The notes beneath the pieces are model-generated. The model was given only the letters and a program-made list of their open reading frames with translations, did no database searches and had not been told where the DNA came from. A DNA stretch of 62,675 bases, filler included, from Sphacelaria rigidula (lineage: Eukaryota), in assembly GCA_964200075.2 (NCBI GenBank). It is 5 parts of 5 records of this genome, joined end to end, with 100 filler letters (N's around TTAATTAATTAA, not from the genome) between each part and the next. Parts side by side here need not be neighbours in the genome. Positions count along the whole stretch, not along the records: positions 12,557 to 25,011 come from CAXNAA020003751.1; 4 more parts are not named here. The stretch is one strand, 5' to 3'. Of the stretch, positions 12,557-25,111 are shown in pieces. The first letter of the stretch is position 1, and the number at the start of each line of letters is the position of its first letter. The position numbers and the translations under genes were made by a program.

Positions 12557-15500
12557 AAACTCTGACTCTGAATCTGAAACTACACTCTGAATCTCACGAA
12601 TATAGTATTAACTGTTTTTTCATTTAAGATCCCAAAAATTGGGTCATCGGAATCCAGATTTATATGGTGTGTAGTAGTTTTCAATAGCTACCAGTAGGTG
12701 AAGGAATGTAATCATATTTCCAAGAATTGGTGTGGGTAAGAAGATTTCAGATTTCACCGTAATCATCCTCAATGAAAACCTCCATTTCCAATGTTGAAAG
12801 TCGGCTGTTTGTGGGAAGAATGCAGTGATGTCACACCTATCAAGGGATGAGTTTGCAATTACCTTACGCCAAGAAGTCATATTTTGTCCTCGACATGCTC
12901 CTGTGGCAATATGGATATGTTTATCTATCTTCACGACCTTCTGGGTGATCTGGATGATCACGCAAACATTCTCAGCAAAGAATTTGTTCGTGAGATGATA
13001 AGCCCCGCTTGCTGCCCCCCAACAGTTGTTCTTTTACGCTTAAATTTGCGTCTTCGTTTCTTCATTCATACCGGTGATCGGGGCGGGTAGCGAACTCAGT
13101 ACCTTCTCTTGTTTTTACAACGCAATAAGAACCATATATTTGTTTTGTCAGAAAGAAAAAATGGGAATTTGTCCTCGGCAGACATTTGATGCTTATTTCA
13201 CTCCCACATACAAACTCTTCTGATAGTCGTTTTTTTGCCTTGCTTCACCGCCGCACCCGCAAATAGCATTCGCGAATCCACATACTTGCCCCTCCCTCCC
13301 GTGAGGCCGTGCGGCAAACACGATCGCCGCATCAGAGCTACTGTATGTTTTTTATTTCATTGCCGCAGAAAACGCAGCAGCTCGGCATACAATCTTCACA
13401 GCACGATGCTCGGAGTAACGAGCGACGCTGACGACGACAGCAGCGACAGGCAAACAATGCGACGTTTGCAGATATAGCGTGCCCGGCACAGTTGCAGGTT
13501 GTGCGTTCGTTGGCGACTCAGGACCTGACATTGTCCGGCGTCATCCACGTAAGTACCGATGGTTTACCAGGGGCAGCTAGCTCATGGGTATCTGCGAACA
13601 TTCATCGTCTTACGCGGATACCCGTCGGTCACGACCAATCATCCGGGCCTGATGGGCTTGAACGAGTTTACAGTTCAAGAAAGAAACACTTGCTTGGCAC
13701 TAGACAAAGTGGACCTTTGAGGTGAAACGATGTGTACGCACGGGTGCATTGGACCAAAATACGAACTCTTTACGTGCACGCATTTAAATATATTGGGGGA
13801 GGGAAGGGATACGACGAGGGTTGGCACAGGGGGTGGTTCAGTATCATCAGGCGAGTTCAGGCACAGAAGCCTGGTCTCAGGCACATCATTGACTGCCGCC
13901 CGACTCAAGCCTCACAACTGCTATCTGGTGTTTATATAGCGAGGCAACGCCGGTTTTATGGTACTCACCCGGTATATTTGTTTGGTGGGCCTCTGATGAC
14001 GACCACCCATTGTACTGGATCTTAGAAGGCGAAGTGGTCAAAGATGCAGTTGGCGGCGTGTTCTTGAAGCGTCGCGGACTGTTGTGCGCGACCCTCGTTT
14101 GACTTCTGTGTCACAAGAGATAATTGAATGGTACTACACACCTGACATCAACAGGCGCGCTCTGATATTTCGCGGTAAATTCCCAAATAGATTTACGTGG
14201 TACACTTTTAGGAGTGAAGTGAGTCATGACGGCGAGAATGGCACGTGAGTTTATACTTCAACTGCACGGCGAATAATTTTGCACCATAATGAGTTGAAGC
14301 ACAGATGGCCTGCATGTTAAAAGTAACAAATTCACTGCTGAGCTGCCGGTCAGCGCTGACTGGCAGCTCAGCGGTGTTTTATACGTCCATCAAAATCTAA
14401 TCCCGAGATTCGTTGAGGTGTCACGCAATCGAACCGTTACACTGGACGTAGCAAGTATGCAACATAAACCGCGGGAAACGCGGACGGCGATGCGCGCAGG
14501 CACCACTAGTGAAAAGATAGCTAAGTAGATGTGAAATCGATTGGAAAAAGTGGCTCGCAGATCATCTGACACTTCTGCTACTGCGGCATCGAGTAATATC
14601 GAGAAAGAGAGACGCGAAATATTTGGGGGTGGGAGGAGGAAGGCTTGAAATCTTCGCGGTCGCGATCGAATGCAGTCGAATGCCAGTATTAAGAAGAGGT
14701 GTTGACAACGCGATAACTTCTACAGGCTCCTCACCTACTAGCGGAGGACGCCCAAATGTTAGGTAATTTGTCGAACATCTCGTTCATCGAGGGTGCACGC
14801 CACTTAGGAGCATCGCTTTAGTCCCACGCTTTGCCCCTACCAAGGAACAGCGGACTCAATAGTACCACTATGAGGTAAACTGCAGAGCGATAAGAGTGTG
14901 CTTAACACCATTCTCTCAAGTAATGATTATAACCTGTAATTGTACGCCTTCTGTGTCTACAAACGTGCGTATAGCTCACCTACAAACTATATATGGTGGT
15001 CAGACTTGAGCTAGACATGAACCACCAAACAGCGTGGACTATACATCATCATAAACACGAGGAGCGTCGCCGGACGCCCTTACCCACATAGGTCGCCAAC
15101 GACATGGTTCAAGGTTAAGAACATCCGCCTCGCTACAGTGGAATATTTTAGACCAAAAGTTGCGTGTCGTCAAAGTATAGCATGTGGTCAGCGAGCACCG
15201 GTATCCATGTTCGACGAGGCCGGCCCTAAGCGCCTGATGTCGCCATCACTGGTGAAATACGGGAATCCCAGCTCACAGACATGACCACGACCTCGAGAAT
15301 GTCGGCACAGAATGTACTCGCAATAAGGGTTATATTTCACGCAATCAGGGGGCACGTCTCTAGCTCTAGGGAGCTGATCAAGGTAAGCCCGGTCGGGGCC
15401 GGGACATGAATTCGGAGGAAACGTTCGACTATGTCGATGTAGCTACGGAAGCCAAAGAATATGCTGTGGAGCTTTAGAGCTCTACACCACACCCTTTGGT

Positions 15501-16339
15501 GGTTACAACGGATTATACTGAGGATGTTGAGTAGACTTTCTGCTATCGATATGGTTTACCGGCCAGAGTTAAGCCAGTACCTTCCGTAGCTGGCGGGTGT
15601 ATTTGTTTTGTCAGTCACGATTGACGAGGTGAATAGCTGAACTTCGAGGGCATACCTGTAAAGTGTCCGCTGTGTCCGATCTCGCAGTCGCTTGTCATGC
15701 CAGGGCTCGGGCGACTCGGTCACATCTAATACAAGGGGTTTACTCGCACAGCGTTTGGCGTGTGGCCACCGTGATCGGGACTCTCCCTTCTCTCCACACA
15801 CCGCACACTCTTTCACACTCCGCAATTTCCATGTAGTTATGAAGTATCTTGGGATAGGTCTATCGAGCGTGACGGCCGAAGTCGCCGGAAACCTCGCACC
15901 CTGCATTCATCATTTTGTTTTCTCTAGATTTTTGTTCGGTTTTCTCCGTGTGTTCTTCCTTCATTTTCTCCCTTTCTCGAATTACTCTGACGAATGTTTC
16001 CGTTTCGTTTACCTTGGGTACGTGTATCTCATGGGAAATGACTACGACTGGATCCCTCGGACATCAGTTCATAACTATCAGGGTCATATAATTATTCACA
16101 CCGTCATCTCGATGTAAGTGAATACCCAGAGTTTCGCGGGGGGGGGGGGGGTTTATGTAGAAGGAATCCTTATTTCGCATGGAGGTTTCGCACGTGCTGT
16201 ACATGAAGCAGCGGACCACACGGCGTTGGTGGGAGGAGCGGGCGCGAGGAAGATCTAGATGTGTCCATATATAGACAGGCAGATCATCTCACAAATTTCA
16301 ACGGTGACGGTACATGGACGCTCTGGACTACCGAATATA

Positions 16340-16440
16340 GTAACACTGTATACCCCTGCTCAGTACAGCTCAGTACAGCACAGTACAGCACAGTACAACA
16401 CAGTGCAGTGAAGTCCAGTACAGTACATAGCACTGTACTG
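16340..16440. repeat. Degenerate (CAGTA)n pentamer microsatellite
   Basis: cagtacagctcagtacagcacagtacagcacagtac... Confidence 0.8.
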
Positions 16441-17699
16441 CCTGCGAAGTATTCATGCTTGTTGCTGAAGTAAGTGCCTCGATCGAAAGAGGAAAACGTC
16501 AAGTTTAGTAGTACAACGGTGCATATGTGGCGGTCGCATCGAAGCCTCCAAGAATCGACTCCTGTAAACAGCGGTACTGGGTTGCGCGTAATTCTGTGGG
16601 TTGCGTTATTCATTGATGAAGAAATACATCGCTGGTAGTGCTGCGTTGGCTGAAGGAGTGGTAGCTAGGAGCCTGCACCCGCATTCAGGCAACCTTTAAC
16701 GTGGAGAGAGATCAACGGAGATGGTATGGGCATTGATCTCGACGTGGAGAGTTGAATAGTACTCTAGTGTCATGATCGCACGATGCAATGGTCAGATATG
16801 ATGGAAAGAAAACACGATTCCGCTGCCGTAGGCCGGCACAGCATGAGAGCCGCAGGATGGACGACATGCACGATATAAAACTTTGATATTCAACCCTCCG
16901 CCCGATCATCCTCGTGAACATTCACTCGCGTTAGATATGGAGGACCCCCAAGGCTCACTCATGGGATGCAACGTCTGGCTGTCTGATCAGACTTCGGGGG
17001 GAGCAGTCCAAGCGTAGCATACGACACCAAAATCGATTTCGAAGTAAGAGCGCCACGAGTTCACCGGTGTAGCAATAACCTCCGAACGATAAATGCTGAA
17101 GATCATCCGCATCGGACTGCTTTCCTCATGTTTCCGGTGAAAGTTGTGGCTTTCGAATGAAGTTGCGGACGCCTACGATTGAGCATAACCGACCTACACA
17201 TGAATCCCCGACCCCGACTCTCGCAGCTATGAGGAGGGCAAAGGCCTGACACCTTGCACCCATATATCGCTGTTCCATTTCCTCCGGACAGGTAGTGAAG
17301 CACCTGTATCACTTGGGCCGCCATCCCGTCCGACAGATGCCACCTGCATAGTTGAGAGTAGATGTCAACCGGCAGACTCCGAACGTGCAGTACCGATCGA
17401 CGATATGAGAGAAATCACCCATCGAATCGGCCTACCACACTTCTCAACGAAGTGGGCACCACCCCGCGCGAAGGCCGGGGAGCAACCGGCGGGAGACGCA
17501 TGGAGGTGTGGGGTTCAAGTCCATGGGCCAAGGCGGAGAAAAGGCGGGCCCCACCCGACTCGCGGAGAGGCACACCCGCGCATGCTCACGTACCGATGTC
17601 GAGACGGAAGCGAAATACAAGAAATCGCTCGGACGTCAATAGTGCGTGGGGAGCATTGCCCGAGCAAGCAGACGGCATTGCAGCACAGGAATCGGGCCA

Positions 17700-19400
17700 A
17701 GGAAGATAAGTCGAAGGTACTATAGCCTCCCAGGGTGGCACCGACACCCGCATCTCCAGACAACTCAACACGAGGACCTCCTGGAGGGCCGCCGGGGGGG
17801 GTTTCAATGCCATCAGAACACTGTAAAAAGCGACCGAGCTCGTCGTGCTCCTCGAAACCAACACCATCGAACGCGTCCGCATCAAAATCGAACCGAACCA
17901 AAAAGAAGGCTACACATGCTGCCGCCCCCGTGACCATGCCGTAGGTACGGGTCCAGATGTCGGCAGCTCATCTACGGCGGCACCCGAACAAGAGGAGGTA
18001 ACACCGACCCTAAAAAATGGGGTTACCGGCGTGGTGATAAGGGATCAGGAAGAGCAAGTACCACCACCCCCGGGCCGGTTGTGGTAAAGGTCAAGTGTGC
18101 GGTGAAAGAGGGAGAATACCGACGCGACGAAGTATTTCACAGGGCCCTGCCGGAAATCACGATAATTGTAGGAGGGAGCAGTCGACGCCAGCGGAGTCTA
18201 AGCCGGAAAGTGGAAGCAGGGGACTGGCGGTGGCGGCCCGCCGGTCGAATTGAGCGACGGTGTCAGGCGGGGTGGGGAGAGGAGGAGCAGCGATGCGGCC
18301 GGTGGCGGCAATGGGGGCGGGCGGAGGTATCGACGGCAGAGGTGTGGCAGAGGTAACCCCGCGGACATATCTTGCAGCGGTGACAGGTGGGTGATCAAGG
18401 GGGGCGGTGCAGGCGCCGACGGGGGCGCTGGACGCGGGTATTTGCGCTCGCGCGGGGTTTGGGTGAGTCCCCACCGTACCTTGCCGCATTGACAGGAAGA
18501 AAGAGGGAGAATACAGCGGTGGCAGGAGGAGTAAGTCTGCCAAGTGCGACGATCTCCCACCTTTCTAGCCATGGCAGTGGACCCGATCGGAGGATCCTCA
18601 GTGCAGCTGGACCCCGTATGGGCGAGGGAGGTTCCCGCAGTTCACCTCATCATCCACTCCGGGAGGTTGTTCTGAAAGCACTTGAAGAAGTGACTCTCGA
18701 GTTCCATCGATACTGATCTGTGGATTATTGTATTACTGGCTATGTTCTCGACATGTATATTCGCCGCAGGGCTCAGACGCGTGCAAGTCACTGTCAAACT
18801 CATATTGAATGTTGGCACCCGGTACCTCTGGTGAATGAGGTATGAAACGCGATCGAGAATCTCCGGGGCGGGAGGGAAAGTGCTTTCCGCCAGACAGGCA
18901 GTACTCTCGGCCAACGCAATCTGTGAAGGTGATACTGTTCGTTTTAACCGATCTGTTTGCTACATGTGACTCCCTACCACTTGTGTACGGGATTCCTTCG
19001 GTCAATGTGCAGGATTTCGTTCTGAAGGCCACACGAACGCCAAATCTGTTTATAACACCGATACCGGTGGTCAAAGACGGTACGCTGAGAGTCGCGTAAA
19101 GCTGCTGGCCACGGTAGTTTTTCATATACGAAAATGCTGTGCGCAAGTCACCGCGGATCCAGGGCCTCAGCTCACCACGTCTGTGCAGGGTTTGGAGTCG
19201 TACGTGAACAAGATCCACCTACAGCACACATGGACACATGCCTTCCCACTAGTGCCCAGACTTGGACACGTGCAGGAAGCAGGTAGATAAGTTAGGCGCA
19301 GTATTTTCGAATACTGAGGGGGGGAGAAGGGGCTTGGGACAGGATGCCCACTGTGGACTTCAACGAACGCGGCTGGGGCATTGGGCCGAAGAGGAGTCAC
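17700..19400 (+). mobile_element. Possible degenerate retroelement ORF1/gag-like remnant
   Basis: GC-rich, coding-like sequence broken by stops and frameshifts, with a decayed zinc-knuckle-like stretch (..HGHMPSH*CP) at about 19215-19260. No RT domain is visible. Confidence 0.3.
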
Positions 19401-21295
19401 GACAAAGGTGGCAGAAAATCGGCAGGCAAAGGGGCGGTCGACCTCGCACGAGGCAGCATTGTTGTTTACCTGTCAAGTCACACGTACGTTGATGTATCCG
19501 GGAACCTGCGAACTCTCAGATGTTCATGCAAGTCGGCAAAGGTGGCGCAAAGAAACCACAAATGCCGAGGGCGCGGGTGTTTGGGGAGTCGCACGCTGAG
19601 CTGCGGCTGCCAGGGTCACTGCTTCTTGCGACCGCCCCCTTCGCGACCGACCGGCGCGATTCCCACTGGTGATGCCAGCGGAGGATATAGCGGCGCACGC
19701 GGGCGATCATATTCTGGGAGGGGTGGCTCCACGGCGAACCATGGAAGGAGCGGGTCCATCGCAAACCGTCGAAAGGGGGAGTCGAATGAAGTGAGGAGCG
19801 CGTCAGGGGCAGCTGTTCATACGAGTCATGGTGGGGACCCGTGCTGGTACGGCGGCGGGAGGGGGGTGGGGTGGTATAATGGGAGGAAGGGGCCCGGGAG
19901 TAGATCCGATCCATCGCAACCTTTGCGACGGCGGACCAGACGGGCCTATCGACCGCGGGTCGAAGAGTTCAGCCGGGGTCTGGATTGGTCGGGGAGAGAG
20001 AGAGAGAACTCAACATCGGAAGCGGGCAACGTCCATGGTGATGATTTCACGTTTTATTCAGCTTGTTGAGAAATTTGGTGTGTTAATGGGTTGCACGCAT
20101 ATGTCTGCACAACGCAAGTTTGTCCTGTCAAGGAGGCAGTCATCAATTGTGCTCCGTGTACATGGTGAGGTGATTCGCCATCGTGCGGTGCGCCCTTGGG
20201 TGCACACGTGTACCGGGAGTGGTTCGGCGACGCCCGTGGGAGAATATAACCCTAACCCTAACCCTGAATTGTACGTGAGGCTAAAGATTCATGTCGGCCG
20301 AAGGAGTGTATCGACGCAAAACGACAAACCCGAACAAAACCATGGCATCCAACCCGACCGTTTCGAGTACTGTGCAGCGCTACCAATGCACGCGCATCGA
20401 CTCTGTTCGCTGGATGATCTCAATTCCGTTCTGACAGCAAGCGAACTGTCGGGAATCATCGCACGACCTATGTACTGAAAGATGCGGAAAAGATTCGGAT
20501 GATGCTCATCATAACTATCTCTTCGATATGTTCCATGTTGCATAATCTGCACCGAACCGAACGGTGACCACGTGTCCTCCCAATCTCATATCGGTGGCAT
20601 TTCTGCAGTATCATCCTTTTGATGCTGAGAAGTGACGGTATTGCTGTCTACACCAGGAATCGACAGTACGTTTGTGCGCGTGTGCGTTATACCTTGTGCG
20701 GCGATCCCCTAAGCACGCTTCACGCGCCACCCCAGTAACAACGGCATGCACCTGTTTGTACCGTCTTTCCTTCCAGCGAGCGACATTAATACTTGTATGA
20801 ATGACTGGGGGAAAACATATCCCCAGGTATGTCCCTGCGTTTTGCTACCGGGTGTTGATTTTGTCCTTGATAATGCCATTGGTCATGGTCTCGCGGTGTT
20901 CCCTGGTTCATGTGTGTGTACCTGCTCTACTGCACCATGCCCGTGGGTTTCATCGCTTCTGTAGTCTCTGCTCCTCTTTCACTCCGCATATCTCCCTCTC
21001 TCTGTCTCTCTTTGTGCTCTTTCCTCTCCGTCTTCGCAAGTCGCAGTTTGGTGCCTCGCTTCCGTAGGGTTCACGGGTGAGAGCTCATACCCAAAATAGA
21101 GTGGCTGAAATAAATGAGCCGCAATCCGTCCCCACGGCTTTTTTCTTTCTCTCGATTGGGTATGAATGCGTGTGTGGTCAAGCAAGACCTTTCCCACCTG
21201 AAGCTATGTGCAGAGGTGGGCTATTTCTAGTTTTTTGTGCATCTTTGCCTCCGTGTTTTTTCTTTCTTGTTTTTGTTTCTTCAGTCTACTCGTAG

Positions 21296-21660
21296 GTCGG
21301 TCGCCCCGGTGGCTCAGTTGATGGCCTCGAAACCTTCTGACGGTTCGGATGTGGGTTAGAATCTCGGGGAAGTCACATGATGATATGGTGTCTTTTTTCC
21401 TCACATAATACCCAACAGTAGAGAGAGACTACGTCGTGAGTAAAAAAAACTCGACGTCACGCTCGACGACGGAAAGGGACCGCTGAACCCTTGTCGCGAT
21501 GAAAAGTAAGGCAAGCACCACAGAACGGAGGCGGAGTACTAAAAAATAAACATAAAAAAGTCCTGTCTTGACTTTCCTCCTGTGTAATCCCGACTGCTGC
21601 ACCCACGTATACCGAAAGGTGCTGACTACTTGCGCGTCAAGACCAGATGGGAGAACAGCA
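21296..21660 (+). mobile_element. tRNA-derived SINE (about 360 bp)
   Basis: GGTCGCCCCGGTGGCTCAGTTG A-box, GGTTAGAATC B-box-like motif, and a body and A-rich segment shared with the other copies. Confidence 0.8.
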
Positions 21661-21790
21661 CACGTGCTCTTTGAGTCTGTTCAGCCTTCTTGTTTTCTTC
21701 ACTTTTCTCTAGCGAGTGAGTGTTCCGTTTTGTTTCATCTCGGATATATATAGTCTATGATCGCGGCTGGATCCCTGGGGGATCAGTTGG

Positions 21791-21982
21791 GGCGTGTCTC
21801 AACACATCATTTTTCGATCGAAATCGTGCGGTGAGAAATAAAAATCCCAATCTGATAGGTAGTAATTTCAACCAACCATCGTCGTTAATTTTGAAGATGG
21901 TTGAAATCACGACCTATCAGATCGGTATTTTTGTTTTCCACCGCACTTTTTCGATCGAAAACTGATGTGCTGAGACACGGCC
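21791..21982. repeat. Palindromic MITE-like hairpin of about 190 bp
   Basis: cgtgtctcaacacatcatttttcgatcgaaa pairs with tttcgatcgaaaactgatgtgctgagacacg, and the arms pair nearly to the centre. Confidence 0.85.
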
Positions 21983-24774
21983 TTAACCCTTTCGGAACTC
22001 ACAATGGATAATTGATCATTTGCAATTGACGGTTTTTGAGCAAGATATTATGGTTGATGGCTCACAGCTTAGACGCAACAATATTCACCCAATGCGTATT
22101 TGTCAGACCCATGCGAGCGACAAGTGGAACAAAATAAGTTTTCCTATTTACCGGTGTGCCGTACCAGACCCTGGAACCCGTTGCTGTTTTTGAATGGAAT
22201 GTTTCATAGTGTTTTTGCTAATTATTGTCGATGGATACAATTAGACACACTTCATTCCGTTGCGTGGTATGATTGGACGAACCTCACCCGACCTCTTCAG
22301 GAAGGACATTTTTCCTGCGCCTGCCGCGTATGCTACTGGATTTTTCTTCGGTCTTCCATTACAAAATGGTTACCGTCGGCCTCTTCTGCTTCCATTTTTT
22401 TCTTGTCAGGGCTTCATAATGAAGTGTTTGTCCCGGAGACAGGAGGGGAGGAGGGTTCATAAAGGGTTACTGTAATGCGCAACAATCAATCAATCAATCG
22501 ATTAAACTAAACGCGGCGCAATTATCGCCCGCTCATTTGGGATAGTGTATACCAACGATGTTGTGATGCGCTTTTACACCGCACTTCACATGTTCTGACC
22601 CTCCCCACCGACATGGCAATATCTCGATGCACACAGTAGCTGCAGAGACAAATCAAGTTGTTCTGTGTAACTAAGGCGCAAACCTACCAGCCAGCCATTT
22701 TCTGGCCGCACAGACCCTTGCCCCAGATAAGAATATCGATCGAGTTAAAGTGACGGTCATTTCCTTCAAATATTGAACTATCCCCAGAGTTGATTGGTGG
22801 AATCTTGATCTTGAGCCATGATTACTATAGTAGCTAGATGTATCTGCCTGTAGAGTTTCAGTTTGCTGACGATCGTGCAGACTGCAATAACATTAGTGTT
22901 GGTGTGGTAATTGACAATTTTCGACCCAAGTTCGATCGTGTGTCGGATGGGCATATTGGAAAATGACTTCTCGGCTTATGCAGATTTCGCGGTCTCGGTC
23001 TCGTTGCGAGGGCTATCCATCGCTGGTTTGTGTACTGCACTGGGTGGAACTGAGCCTGGTGTAGATAGGGACAAATATTCGGAGACATACAACAGCTGTG
23101 TATCACCATCATAGTCATTCGTTCGCTGTGCCCACTTCTTTGATTCCTTCGCGTCTTACTCTTGGGGTGAAGGTGAAGAACGTGATATCCCGCGTAACAC
23201 TGGATACCAATCGACAACGAAGCAAAATCCCCGAACACGAGGAGAGACGACAGCTGCTACGTAGCTGGTGCGGAAGAATTGCCCCAGAATTCTGAAGCAT
23301 TCTACGGAACTAGAAACCCACGAAGAAGTGGACGAAGACGCCTGGTTTCTCATGAACCATGCGTGAAAAGCATGGTCATCGGATCCGCACGGGGGTACAG
23401 TATATGGTCAGCAGCGCAGACTTGATGATGTATATATCAAGCATTAAGTTACACCCTCTGGTTTCATGTCAGGATTGGACACGGGAACCAGTATTCACAT
23501 TCCCTGCGTGAAAATTGACAACCCCGCACTCCGGTCTCCTGTAATCTAACACACATGAAGAGAATTCTTGCAGCATATACTTGTAGCTACCCACAATGGT
23601 CCCGCAGGTAGCACCTTAGTCTATCTGTGTTGCACGACATGTTCTGCGTGTTCTGCGTGTTGGCATTTCGTGCTCGGAGGTGAAACAATTACACCTCCAA
23701 CCGCAAGGTCCTCTCGCCGCTCGTGTGTGTTTGCAGGGGTCATCTATCTGGGCTGCGCCAACCAAGCAACACAATTACAGTAAAGAAAGGATTTCTCGAG
23801 TGTTGGTCACCTTAAAATCCGCGTTGCCTTGCAGGACTTGGTTGTGTGGGTTCTCTTTGTCCTTCTCGCTCAGCTCATAACCCATGCCCTTTGTCGTCAC
23901 CACCGTAGTGTGGACACCTCGCTATTGGCGCTAGCGAATATACGACCCGACGACAAATTGATGAAATACTCCACGTATTGTTATCACGGAAATGTATCTG
24001 TGCATTCGCTATACCAAATGATGAACCGCAAGGGATGTTCGTATATTCTCCGCTATGGAGTTAGTTCTCTCAGCATTAGCGTCCTTTTGAATATCGAGAT
24101 GACCTTCTCCTCCTTCCAAACGTCGTGACCACCCTTATAGTATTGCTGGTACCACAATTTGCTGTTGCAGATTTTAGATTTTTAAATGCTTTTTTTTCGT
24201 CGATTCGTCGAAAGTGGCGGTTACATATTCTTGGATGGGGTATAACGGTACAACACCAGCAGAATCGTGAGATCCTTTCCGCAGCTGCAGTGAGCACTTG
24301 CCGGCTCCACCGGCACGACCAACGCCAAGGTCCATGGAGATGTGTGTGTTTCTAGGTGAAACTTATGGAGATGGGGTGCCTGAGACCTTCCGATTAGGGG
24401 GATTTTCTTAGAGCTGTGAATTGGCCGCGCCAGCGGGCAGTACAGTACGCCCACGTTTTCCCAGTCAATCGACTTAGTCGATTACTTCGTCGACTGACTG
24501 GAAAAACATCGGCGGCTTGCGGCGAAGCCGCGACCCGCAAACGCCCCCTTCACACACACACTATCGTAGTTTTAACCTGGTCCGGCGAGAAACCGGCGCG
24601 CGTGCTTCGTCCCGGCTATGAAGGGGTGGACCCCCGATGGGGTTGGCGTTGGATGGCGATGATGCTGTAAAACATGCCACTCACTGCTTAAGCTAGGCAA
24701 CCAGGTTACCGATCTTTTTGCGCGCTTGCGTTTTTTGTGATAACCATGATGGTAGTCGAGCTGGATCATGTTGA

Positions 24775-25011
24775 GCGGCGTGGGAAAACCTCAACTCCGT
24801 GCAAAGGGGATGATCGTACTACGTAGTGTTGAAATGGTGAGACATCCATGAGGCAGTGTATAAGTCGTGGCTGTCTCTGGAACTGGCGATACCAGAAAAT
24901 ACAGCAACTCATTGGAGGCTGCCATCCAAACGCAAAATAATCAGTTGGCTTCGGGACGAACAATCTTAGCAGGATGCAGCTCACCACTCATGCGACTCGC
25001 CGAACACACCA
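24775..25011. repeat. High-copy repeat at the contig end (family of 40130-40560)
   Basis: Colinear with about 40130-40365 (aggcagtgtataag.cgtggctgtctctggaa.tggcgataccagaaaat). Confidence 0.85.
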
Positions 25012-25111
25012 NNNNNNNNNNNNNNNNNNNNNNNNNNNNNNNNNNNNNNNNNNNNTTAATTAATTAANNNNNNNNNNNNNNNNNNNNNNNNNNNNNNNNN
25101 NNNNNNNNNNN
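25012..25111. other. Artificial contig linker
   Basis: N44-TTAATTAATTAA-N44. Confidence 0.98.

Noticed and set aside
22895-22925. SVGVVIDNF resembling a voltage-gated channel S6 motif
   Set aside because: There is no preceding transmembrane helix, and a stop follows shortly.
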